Below, piece by piece: positions 9,344 to 17,537 of a stretch of 64,000 bases of DNA. The stretch is from Bacteroidales bacterium (GTDB lineage Bacteria > Bacteroidota > Bacteroidia > Bacteroidales > JAAUTT01), in contig JBBQEI010000002.1 in NCBI GenBank assembly GCA_038320545.1, positions 59,185-123,184 of the forward strand, written 5' to 3'. Position 1 is the first letter of the stretch, and every line of letters starts with the position of its first letter. The notes beneath the pieces are model-generated. The model had not been told where the DNA came from, ran no database searches, and saw nothing but the letters and a program-made list of their open reading frames with translations. The position numbers and the translations under genes were made by a program.

Positions 9344-9355
9344 AAAATTTAGAAA

Positions 9356-10285
9356 ATGATTTCAATCTGGAAACAAGATAACGGACTAGTACAGGTAAGC
9401 CGTTTCGAAAGAAATACATGGATTAATGTGATTAACCCTTCTCAGGAAGAAATAGAAAGATTAATAAATTTTTACAGGGTTCCGGCTGAATTTATTACTG
9501 ATATTCTCGATGTCGACGAAAGATCAAGAAGCGAAGTGGAAGGACGTTGGCTTATGATTATCCTTAGAATTCCGGTTCACAGTCAAACTTCAGGTTTACC
9601 GTTTTATACAGTACCATTGGGTGTTTTAATCTCTCATAATCTTATTGTTACTATATGCAATAATGATAATGAAATAGTAAGAGAACTTTTATTCAATCCT
9701 AAATACCGTAATATTAAATTTACAGATAAAGCAAATTTTGTTTTGCAATTATTTTTCTCTTCGGCAACTTCATTTTTGAAATATCTAAAGGATATAAACA
9801 GAATGACTAACCAAATTGAACAAGATTTATTGAAGTCGTCGCGAAATAAGGAGCTGCATAACCTTCTTAAAATGGAGAAATGTTTGGTTTATTTTGTTAC
9901 TTCATTAAAATCGAATGAATTGCTTCTTTATAAATTGCAGCGTTCAAAACTGGTTAATCTCGAAGAAATTGACGAAGACTTGCTGGAAGATGTGATCACA
10001 GAAAATAAACAAGCTATTGAAATGTCCAATATTTACAGTGACATTCAAAGCGGTATGATGGATGCTTTTGCATCAGTGGTATCTAATAACTTGAATGTTG
10101 TGATGAAACAACTCACTTCTATCACCATTATTTTAATGATACCTACACTTGTCGCCAGTATATATGGAATGAATGTTCCAAATTATATGGAAAATAATCC
10201 TTATGCATTTTTTATTATTTTACTCATGACGGTGGCTTTCACTACATTGGGGGTATTAATATTCAGAAAACGAAAGTTCTTTTAA
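9356..10285 (+). CDS. corA: CorA-family magnesium/cobalt transporter
   Basis: 309 aa with two C-terminal TM helices carrying the YGMNV (GMN) signature. Confidence 0.9.
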   Translation: MISIWKQDNGLVQVSRFERNTWINVINPSQEEIERLINFYRVPAEFITDILDVDERSRSEVEGRWLMIILRIPVHSQTSGLPFYTVPLGVLISHNLIVTICNNDNEIVRELLFNPKYRNIKFTDKANFVLQLFFSSATSFLKYLKDINRMTNQIEQDLLKSSRNKELHNLLKMEKCLVYFVTSLKSNELLLYKLQRSKLVNLEEIDEDLLEDVITENKQAIEMSNIYSDIQSGMMDAFASVVSNNLNVVMKQLTSITIILMIPTLVASIYGMNVPNYMENNPYAFFIILLMTVAFTTLGVLIFRKRKFF

Positions 10286-10384
10286 AGTTTTATTTTAGGA
10301 AAAATCATTTTTAGATTAGTTCCTATTCAATTGATAAATTCCTTTTAATATTTTTTATTTTATTTTTTTTTAAATATCTAATCA

Positions 10385-10593
10385 TGGTTGTCCGATAAAA
10401 AGTTAGATTACCTTCGGTGAGACCGCTTCGCTAAGTTCTTCGCTTCGCTCTGCATGACATGCTTTTATTAATCCTATGAAGGGGCTTGGCGGGCGGCTTT
10501 TCAGCCCACCAAGCCCCCTAAAACCAAAATACTGATTGTCATTTCGAACGAAGTGAGAAATCTTAACCTTTATTAGTTTACCGAACAATAGTA
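10385..10593 (+). mobile_element. family-2 MITE-like structured repeat, copy A (non-autonomous, no ORF)
   Basis: Homologous to 14246..14481. Terminal inverted repeats are tgtccgataaa (10389-10399) and tttaccgaaca (10577-10587). The internal arms 10421-10458 and 10538-10568 are imperfect inverted repeats. The central GC hairpin is ggggcttggcgggc (10481-10494) with gcccaccaagcccc (10504-10517). ORF 10403..10600 is a shadow of this element. Confidence 0.75.
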
Positions 10594-10746
10594 ATACCAA
10601 ATAAATAATAAAAAGTATTTTTCTTGAAATTTGGTTGCTTTACTACGTATACAAATTGATTCCCGATTTTGTATTTAAAAAAAATATATTAACTTTACGA
10701 ACAACAAACAAAACAAAACCAAACTTATTATCTAATACAAAAGGTT

Positions 10747-11664
10747 ATGTTTATAAAAAAATACCTTTATCAAGTATCTTCCTTATCAATTATTTTTTGT
10801 CTATCTTCCTTAATTTCCTGTAATCAAGGCAATAAACGTAATTCAAGTGAATTGGCAATCGATTCAATTGATATGGAACAGGATATTTTTGAGGATATTG
10901 GCACTGCAAAACAGATTTTTTATTCTCTGCCATCTCCATTAGAATCGGCAATGCTTATAAAATCTTCGGGAGCAACATTTGACGAACATCTGTTGAATCC
11001 GGTAAATAATACTACAAAGTATACTACCAACAAAAATCTCGCATTAAACTTAGGAATTTACAGTACTGACTTAAGTTATGCAAGTTTATTCGATCAGGCG
11101 CAGATTACCATAACTTATATGGAAGCTGCTAAAAAAATGGCCGATGGTTTGGGTATTTTGGATGCCATTGATAAAAGTACCATTGACCGCTTAGAAGAAA
11201 ATATCAATAACAGGGATGTGATTTTGGATATTATTTCTGAAACTTTTATGTCGTCCACTTCATTTTTAAAAGAAAATGACCGTCAGGCTTTATCATCTCT
11301 TGTGATGGTCGGAGGCTGGATCGAAGGTCTTTATATAGCAACCCAGCTTGTAAATGATAAACCAATTGAAGGTTCTAAAATTGTCGATCGTATTGTTGAT
11401 CAAAAACTTTCGCTTGACATGGTAATGAAACTTCTTGAGAGCAATAAGAATAACGAAGATGTTTCAGGAATTATCTCAGAAATGAACGATTTAAAAATAA
11501 CCTATGATAAAATTATCATTAAATCGTCTAAAATAGAACCTGAAGTTGATGAAAAAACAAAGGTTACAACTTTAAAATCAACATCTTCTTCAAATGTTAC
11601 TGAAGAAATGATTGTTGAATTGCGCAATAAAATTAAAAACATAAGAACAAATTATACGCTCTAA
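10747..11664 (+). CDS. lipoprotein of unknown function (paralogue of 8118..8960)
   Basis: Lipobox SLISC. Roughly 30% identical by eye to the 280-aa protein at 8118 across the conserved blocks. Confidence 0.7.
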   Translation: MFIKKYLYQVSSLSIIFCLSSLISCNQGNKRNSSELAIDSIDMEQDIFEDIGTAKQIFYSLPSPLESAMLIKSSGATFDEHLLNPVNNTTKYTTNKNLALNLGIYSTDLSYASLFDQAQITITYMEAAKKMADGLGILDAIDKSTIDRLEENINNRDVILDIISETFMSSTSFLKENDRQALSSLVMVGGWIEGLYIATQLVNDKPIEGSKIVDRIVDQKLSLDMVMKLLESNKNNEDVSGIISEMNDLKITYDKIIIKSSKIEPEVDEKTKVTTLKSTSSSNVTEEMIVELRNKIKNIRTNYTL

Positions 11665-11676
11665 TAATTTCTAGTC

Positions 11677-12120
11677 ATGAAGAAAATCTTACCGGTTGTA
11701 GCTTTATTTCTATTAATAATAACCGTAAATTTTTCGGCAGAAGGTCAATGTAAAGGTTTTGCCAAGAAAATTTGTAAACTTGAACTAATTCCATATATAC
11801 ACGATGGTAATTATCATGCGGCAATATTAACAGAAGGGGAAGAGGCAGAACTGTATAAGACCTTCTATGAAGGCCAGCAATACAGGATAGCTATTTGTGG
11901 AAGCGAAGCTTTTCCTAACGTAGAATTTAAAATAATTGACGCCAACAAAAAAGTTCTTTATAACAATCGTGAACACGGGATGGTTAAAATTTGGGATTTT
12001 AAACTCGAATCAAGCCAACAGCTTAAAATTGTGGTAAAAGTTCCTGTAAGTTCTGCTTCAAAGCCTGAAACAGAATTAATAAGTGGCTGTGTTGCAATAA
12101 TGTTTGGTTTTAAAGGTTAG
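11677..12120 (+). CDS. small secreted hypothetical protein
   Basis: 147 aa with a signal peptide (MKKILPVVALFLLIITVNFSAEG). It starts 12 nt after the lipoprotein gene, so it is probably co-transcribed. Confidence 0.6.
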   Translation: MKKILPVVALFLLIITVNFSAEGQCKGFAKKICKLELIPYIHDGNYHAAILTEGEEAELYKTFYEGQQYRIAICGSEAFPNVEFKIIDANKKVLYNNREHGMVKIWDFKLESSQQLKIVVKVPVSSASKPETELISGCVAIMFGFKG

Positions 12121-12145
12121 AAATAACATAGATTGAAAATTTATT

Positions 12146-12169
12146 AGGGGCTATATGGCCCCTTTTTTG
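12146..12169 (+). terminator. rho-independent terminator
   Basis: aggggc-tata-tggcccct hairpin followed by ttttttg. Confidence 0.6.
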
Positions 12170-12229
12170 TTTGTATGGATAACCCTCGATTACATTTTTC
12201 GTAATAAAAGATTATTTAATTTTTTTGCT

Positions 12230-12985
12230 ATGAGAAAGTTTATTGTATTGGCTGCATCGGTTTTGATATTGAATAGTAGTTGCGATTTAGTGGAAGATTT
12301 AGGACTATCTGACTCTGAAATTGCAGAAGGTTTAAAAACAGCACTTGAAGTTGGTACTGATTCATCTGTATTTAAAACATCTGCAGTAGATGGCTTTTAT
12401 AAAAATGCTGCACTAAAAATATTATTGCCACCGGAAGCTGAAATCATTATTCAAAATATTAAAAGTGTGCCCTTAGGTGATCAATTACTTGAAAGTGTTA
12501 TACTAAGAATCAACAGATCGGCTGAAGATGCAGCCAAATCGGCAGCTCCGATTTTTAAGAATTCGATTCGTAATTTAAGTATCAGTGATGCCTTAACGAT
12601 TTTGAATGGAGTTAATCCCTCAAGTAAAAAGAAGTCGGCATCATTTGATTCAACTGCTGCAACAGGTTATTTAAAAAACACCACTTTCAATCAGCTTACC
12701 GATGCATTTTCTGTTCCTATTAATCAATCGCTCGATAAGGAACTGGCTGGCATTTCAACTAACGAAGCGTGGACAAATCTTACAACTGCATATAATTTGT
12801 ATGCTGTGTTTAATTTAAAGCCACAGGTAAATACGAATCTTGGAGAATATGCTACCAAAAAAGCTCTGGATGGATTATTCTTAAAAGTAGGTGAAGAAGA
12901 AATGAAAATACGCCGAGATCCCTGGAAATGGGTTACTACCACTGTAGGAAATATATTAACAAAGGTTTTTGGATCGACAAGCTAA
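12230..12985 (+). CDS. DUF4197-family secreted protein
   Basis: Start placed at ATG 12230 (MRKFIVLAASVLILNSSC). The segments AVDGFYKNAALKILLPPEA and YATKKALDGLFLKVGEEEMKIRRDP are as I remember for DUF4197. Confidence 0.7.
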   Translation: MRKFIVLAASVLILNSSCDLVEDLGLSDSEIAEGLKTALEVGTDSSVFKTSAVDGFYKNAALKILLPPEAEIIIQNIKSVPLGDQLLESVILRINRSAEDAAKSAAPIFKNSIRNLSISDALTILNGVNPSSKKKSASFDSTAATGYLKNTTFNQLTDAFSVPINQSLDKELAGISTNEAWTNLTTAYNLYAVFNLKPQVNTNLGEYATKKALDGLFLKVGEEEMKIRRDPWKWVTTTVGNILTKVFGSTS

Positions 12986-13734
12986 ACATAAATCATTTTA
13001 CGGGTCATTCCTCCGTCAATCATAAAATTTTGCCCGGTTATAAAGCTGTTTTCCTGATTTGCAAGGAAGAGCAATAGCCGGGCAATATCTTTTGCATTTC
13101 CCACCCGACCAGCAGGATGCTGAGAATGATCAGCTTCGGATAGCGTTATTTCTTTGCGATTACTTTTTTTCTTTAAATCAGATACTTCAATCCAGCCCGG
13201 ACTGATACTATTTACCTTTATGTTAGGACCCAAACTTATAGCTAAAGCATGTGTTAATGAATATACAGCTCCTTTAGAAGCTGTATAGGCTTCAGTATTC
13301 GCCTCCGACATAAATGCCCTTGTAGAACAAAGATTAATGATAGAACCTTTACTTTTTTTCAAATATGGTGAAGCATGCTTCGAAAAAAGAAAAGCACCGG
13401 TAACATTCACACCCAATACTTTATTCCATTCTTCGAGTGTTAATTCCTGTATGGGTTTATTAGCTGAAATCGCAGCATTATTGATCAATACATCTATTCT
13501 GCCGGCAAAATTAATCGCTTTTTCCACAACTGCTATAACATCCGGTTCTTTCGATATATCAGAAAATACAAACTGAATCTTTCCCAAAGACTTTAATTGA
13601 GCAAAAGTTTCTTCACCTGCTTCATTATCATTATCTGTAATTGTAACATCAAAACCATTTTCAAGGAAGCTCATGGCAGATTGTTTGCCAATTCCCTGTG
13701 CTCCGCCGGTTATAATAACATGCCTTTTTTCCAT
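12982..13734 (-). CDS. SDR-family oxidoreductase
   Basis: 250 aa with TGGAQGIG, NNAA and the catalytic YTASK motif. Confidence 0.9.
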   Translation of the reverse strand: MEKRHVIITGGAQGIGKQSAMSFLENGFDVTITDNDNEAGEETFAQLKSLGKIQFVFSDISKEPDVIAVVEKAINFAGRIDVLINNAAISANKPIQELTLEEWNKVLGVNVTGAFLFSKHASPYLKKSKGSIINLCSTRAFMSEANTEAYTASKGAVYSLTHALAISLGPNIKVNSISPGWIEVSDLKKKSNRKEITLSEADHSQHPAGRVGNAKDIARLLLFLANQENSFITGQNFMIDGGMTRKMIYV

Positions 13735-13740
13735 ATTTAA

Positions 13741-14202
13741 TTATTGAAAAAGGTTTTCATCCCTAATTAAAAATAGAATAGCAACTTGTGAAACTACAAT
13801 ATACCGTTCTTCATTAAATTGAATTTCGAAGCTGTTATTTTGTAAATAAACAGCTAAATCGCCCTCTTTGGGTTGTAAAGGAATATATTTTACCTGTTCA
13901 TTCTTTTTCCAGGTTTCATTGTCATCAATTACTGCCGGAATAGGAAACCCGGGTCCGACCTTTACAACATAGCCACTTTGTATTTTTTCATTTTCTTGGA
14001 CTCCCGGCGGTAAAAACAATCCGGTTTTTGTTCTTTCAAGCGGGCTTCGGGGCTTTATCAATATACGGTCGCCCACCATTATGAACTTATTTAAATCTTT
14101 ACCTTCTATCTGAATAGACATAAAATATGTATTAATAAGTTTGGTAACGATGATGGATGCAATTAGTTTAATGGGATCCATATTTTTTTTACCGGTAAAC
14201 AT
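13741..14202 (-). CDS. GroES/Cpn10-like co-chaperonin family protein (stand-alone)
   Basis: VGDRILIKPRSPLERTKTGLFLPPG...GYVVKVGPG resembles the GroES mobile-loop region. The true start may be the internal ATG at 14121 (MSIQIEGK...). Confidence 0.6.
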   Translation of the reverse strand: MFTGKKNMDPIKLIASIIVTKLINTYFMSIQIEGKDLNKFIMVGDRILIKPRSPLERTKTGLFLPPGVQENEKIQSGYVVKVGPGFPIPAVIDDNETWKKNEQVKYIPLQPKEGDLAVYLQNNSFEIQFNEERYIVVSQVAILFLIRDENLFQ

Positions 14203-14245
14203 TGGTTTGTGAGCCAGATTACCGGTAATTTTTTATATTTTTTAA

Positions 14246-14481
14246 TGGTTTGTCCGATAAAAAAAATCAGATTACCTTCGGTGAGACCGCTTCGCTAAGT
14301 TCTTCGCTTCGCCTGTCTGCTTCTAGGCAGGCTCTGAATGACCAGCTTTTATACTATGGTGCAAAGGTGTCTTGGGAGGCGGCTTTGCCGCCTCCCAAGA
14401 CACCTAAAAACCCAAAATGCTGATTGTCATTTCGAACGAAGTGAGAAATCTTAACCTTAATTAATTTACCGGACAGTAGTG
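14246..14481 (+). mobile_element. family-2 MITE-like structured repeat, copy B
   Basis: Terminal inverted repeats are tgtccgataaa (14251-14261) and tttaccggaca (14465-14475). The conserved arms match copy A. An extra hairpin gcctg...caggc lies at 14311-14332. The central perfect 18-bp hairpin is ggtgtcttgggaggcggc (14366-14383) with gccgcctcccaagacacc (14387-14404). Confidence 0.75.
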
Positions 14482-14486
14482 CTTTA

Positions 14487-15473
14487 TTATCCCAGAATCG
14501 TGTTTATTCTTTTTAACTCATCCTGTGAAAACTGAATATTTTCAAGACATTTTAAGTTGTCATCCAATTGTTCAACGCTGCTGGCTCCAACTAATACAGT
14601 TGTGATGCGTTTATCTTTCAACAACCAGGCAAGTGCCATTTCTGCCAGTGTCTGATTCCGGGTTTTGGCTATATTGTTTAAATCGTTTATTTGTTTTATT
14701 CTTTCCGGTGTAATCATTTCAGGCTTTAAAAATACTCCTTTACTAGCTCTGGATCCTTCGGGTATTCCCTTAAGATATCGGTTTGTAAGCATTCCCTGGG
14801 CTAAAGGTGAAAAAGGTATGCATCCGATACCATTATCTTCAAGAACATCCAATAAACCATCTTCAACCCAACGGTCAAACATGGAGTAACGTGGCTGATG
14901 AATAAGGCAAGGTGTACCTAAATCTTTTAAAATTTTTACAGCTTTCTTTGTTTGATCGGCTGTATAATTCGAAAGTCCAACATACAAAGCTTTGCCCTGG
15001 CGAACTATGTGATTAAGAGCTCCCATTGTTTCTTCCAAAGGTGTGTCAGGATCAGGACGATGAGAATAAAAAATATCTACATAATCCAGTTTCATTCGTT
15101 GCAGACTTTGGTCCAGGCTCGAGATAAGGTATTTTTTAGATCCCCACTCACCGTATGGCCCGGGCCACATAAGGTAACCTGCCTTGGTAGAGATAATCAA
15201 CTCATCCCGGTAGCTTTTGAAATCCTTATGCAATATACTTCCAAAGTTTTCTTCGGCTGAACCTGGAGGCGGGCCATAATTATTGGCTAAATCGAAGTGG
15301 GTTATACCAGAGTCAAACGCTCTCCATAGGATTTTCCTATAATTTTCATAAATATCAGTTCCACCGAAATTGTGCCATAAACCAAGCGAAATGGCCGGAA
15401 GTCTTATTCCACTGCGACCGCATCTGTTATAGATCATTTTGTCGTACCTTGTTGAGGCTGCTAAATATGTCAT
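14487..15473 (-). CDS. aldo/keto reductase (YghZ / L-glyceraldehyde-3-phosphate reductase-like)
   Basis: 328 aa. The N-terminus RYDKMIYNRCGRSGIRLPAISLGLWHNFG and the FDLANNYGPPPGSAEE segment are typical of this AKR subgroup. Confidence 0.85.
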   Translation of the reverse strand: MTYLAASTRYDKMIYNRCGRSGIRLPAISLGLWHNFGGTDIYENYRKILWRAFDSGITHFDLANNYGPPPGSAEENFGSILHKDFKSYRDELIISTKAGYLMWPGPYGEWGSKKYLISSLDQSLQRMKLDYVDIFYSHRPDPDTPLEETMGALNHIVRQGKALYVGLSNYTADQTKKAVKILKDLGTPCLIHQPRYSMFDRWVEDGLLDVLEDNGIGCIPFSPLAQGMLTNRYLKGIPEGSRASKGVFLKPEMITPERIKQINDLNNIAKTRNQTLAEMALAWLLKDKRITTVLVGASSVEQLDDNLKCLENIQFSQDELKRINTILG

Positions 15474-15546
15474 AATTAAAAAAGGTTAATTGTTTTATTT
15501 GGGGAATTTTTTAAATTTAGCTTTCACTTTATAAAAGTACTACAAA

Positions 15547-16743
15547 ATGAAAAATATGAAATGGTTCTTAGCTTGTTTTCTTATGTTAATTATATTTTTC
15601 TCATGTAAGAAAAAGGAAGCTTCATTACAGGATATTATAAATGAACAGCTTGAATTCGCTTCTGGCCAATATCTTAAATTAATTGATAATATAAAAGATA
15701 GTTCTGACCTTCCGAGAAGTATTGATAAAAACGGAAATTTAATAATGGCAAAATCTAATTGGTGGACTAGCGGCTTTGTGCCGGGAACACTGTGGTACCT
15801 TTATGAAAATACCATGGATACTACATTTTTAAGAGCTGCCAAAAATTTCACAAAAAGAGTTGAAAAAGAGCAATTTAATACTGGTACTCACGATTTGGGA
15901 TTTATGCTTTATTGTAGTTTTGGAAATGGGTTTCGATTAACAAACGACACTTCCTATAAAAGAATTATGATTACCGGGGCACGTTCCCTCGTCACAAGGT
16001 TTAATCCTAACGTAGGTTGTATTCAGTCCTGGGGCTCAAACGAAAAGTGGCAATATCCGGTGATCATTGATAATATGATGAACCTTGAATTTCTTTTATG
16101 GGCTTTTAAGGCTACTGGCGATTCAAGTTTTTACAATGTTGCAACAACTCATGCAAACACTACAATTAAAAACCATTTCAGGGAAGATTTTAGTTCATAC
16201 CATGTTGTAAATTATGATACTACGAACGGAAATGTTTTAAACCGGCAAACAGCCCAGGGTGCTGCTGATGAAAGTGCATGGGCTAGGGGGCAGGCTTGGG
16301 CTTTATATGGTTACACAATGATGTATCGTGAAACAAAAATTAAAAAATATCTTGACCAAGCCGAAGGTATCGCCAATTTCATTCTGAACCATCCAAATTT
16401 ACCTGTCGATAAAATTCCATATTGGGATTTCAATGCTCCCTCAATTCCCAATGAACCAAGGGATGCTTCTGCTGCAGCTATAATCTGTTCAGCATTGATT
16501 GATTTAAGTCAATTTGTTGATGAACAAAAATCTGATGAATATCTGAAAGTGGCACAACAGCAATTAGTAAAACTCTCCTCTCGTGATTACCGAGCGGAAC
16601 CTGGAACAAACGGTGGATTTATCTTAAAACACAGTGTTGGCCATAAACCTGCAAATTCGGAGGTTGATGTTCCATTAACCTATGCCGATTATTATTTTGT
16701 TGAATCATTAATGAAAATGAAAGAATTGTTATCAAGGAATTAA
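15547..16743 (+). CDS. glycoside hydrolase family 88 (unsaturated glucuronyl hydrolase-like) lipoprotein
   Basis: 398 aa with lipobox IIFFSC. WWTSGFVPGTLWYLY, GTHDLGFM and IIDNMMNLEFLLW are GH88-type segments. Confidence 0.8.
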   Translation: MKNMKWFLACFLMLIIFFSCKKKEASLQDIINEQLEFASGQYLKLIDNIKDSSDLPRSIDKNGNLIMAKSNWWTSGFVPGTLWYLYENTMDTTFLRAAKNFTKRVEKEQFNTGTHDLGFMLYCSFGNGFRLTNDTSYKRIMITGARSLVTRFNPNVGCIQSWGSNEKWQYPVIIDNMMNLEFLLWAFKATGDSSFYNVATTHANTTIKNHFREDFSSYHVVNYDTTNGNVLNRQTAQGAADESAWARGQAWALYGYTMMYRETKIKKYLDQAEGIANFILNHPNLPVDKIPYWDFNAPSIPNEPRDASAAAIICSALIDLSQFVDEQKSDEYLKVAQQQLVKLSSRDYRAEPGTNGGFILKHSVGHKPANSEVDVPLTYADYYFVESLMKMKELLSRN

Positions 16744-17094
16744 TAAAAATAGAGCAAGAAACATACTTTCAACCTCAATGTTATAAGTTAAATTATCAGA
16801 AGAAAAAGGCAGGCATTTGAATAATAATTGTTTTTTAATTGAATCAATTTTTACGATTGGCAGAACGTTAGCCTACCGGTTTGCGGCTTTTCAGGACTTG
16901 AATCAGATGTCCAGATTAATTTTAAGCGTTTTAATTCAATGGCTGAAAAGCCCTTATGGATGCGCAAAAACCAGATTATGCGATTTTGGCTTTACATTGA
17001 TTACAGTACATCAGTCATAAAAAACCGTATGTCAAAAAACTTATTTAATTTAAAATAATAAGGGATTATTATATACCTATTTATATTAATTCTT

Positions 17095-17102
17095 TACATT
17101 TG
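17095..17102 (+). promoter_or_regulatory. -7 box TACATTTG for the RRM protein gene
   Basis: Matches TAnnTTTG, 30 nt upstream of the ATG at 17132. Confidence 0.4.
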
Positions 17103-17131
17103 TATATATATATAATTTTAATCAAATAATC

Positions 17132-17455
17132 ATGAACATTTATTTAGGTAACGTTGATTTCAAAGTTAAAGAGGAACAACTAACGGATTTATTTTCAGAG
17201 TATGGTGAAGTAAAGTCTGTTAAGGTTATTACAGACAAGCTTACTGGCAGAAGTAAAGGTTTTGCATTTGTTGAAATGCCGAATGATGCTGAAGCAAAAG
17301 AAGCAATATCGAACCTAACCGGTTATATGCTTAATAATAGAGAACTTTCGGTTTCTGAGGCTCGTCCGAAAGAAGAAAGAAAGCCCTTCAGAAATGATTA
17401 TGGTGGTGGTAGCAGAAATAGCGGTGGAAACAGAGGCGGATACGAACGCAGATAA
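17132..17455 (+). CDS. RRM-type RNA-binding protein with a Gly/Arg-rich tail
   Basis: 107 aa with RNP2 IYLGNV and RNP1 KGFAFVEM. The C-terminal tail is GGGSRNSGGNRGGYERR. Confidence 0.95.
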   Translation: MNIYLGNVDFKVKEEQLTDLFSEYGEVKSVKVITDKLTGRSKGFAFVEMPNDAEAKEAISNLTGYMLNNRELSVSEARPKEERKPFRNDYGGGSRNSGGNRGGYERR

Positions 17456-17470
17456 TAATATAAAAGTTTA

Positions 17471-17503
17471 AAAAAAGCTGCCCACTAAAGGCAGCTTTTT
17501 TTT
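17471..17503. terminator. bidirectional rho-independent terminator (RRM gene / TPR gene)
   Basis: aaaaaa-agctgcc-cactaaa-ggcagct-tttttttt. An A-run and a T-run flank a 7-bp GC-rich stem between convergent genes. Confidence 0.8.
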
Positions 17504-17537
17504 GTGAATTCTATTTCTTCCTTTACAGATGCAGCAT

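Noticed and set aside
9058-9355. M-box (ykoK) Mg2+ riboswitch upstream of corA
   Set aside because: I could not find the conserved M-box blocks as I remember them (GUUAGGUGAGGCU… and …GCUAAAGCUCUAC). The leader is reported only as an unclassified structured leader.
10403-10600. 65-aa ORF on the minus strand
   Set aside because: It lies entirely within family-2 repeat copy A. Its peptide (…SHFVRNDN…GLGGLKSRPPSP…HAERSEE…) is the typical translation artefact of such repeats.
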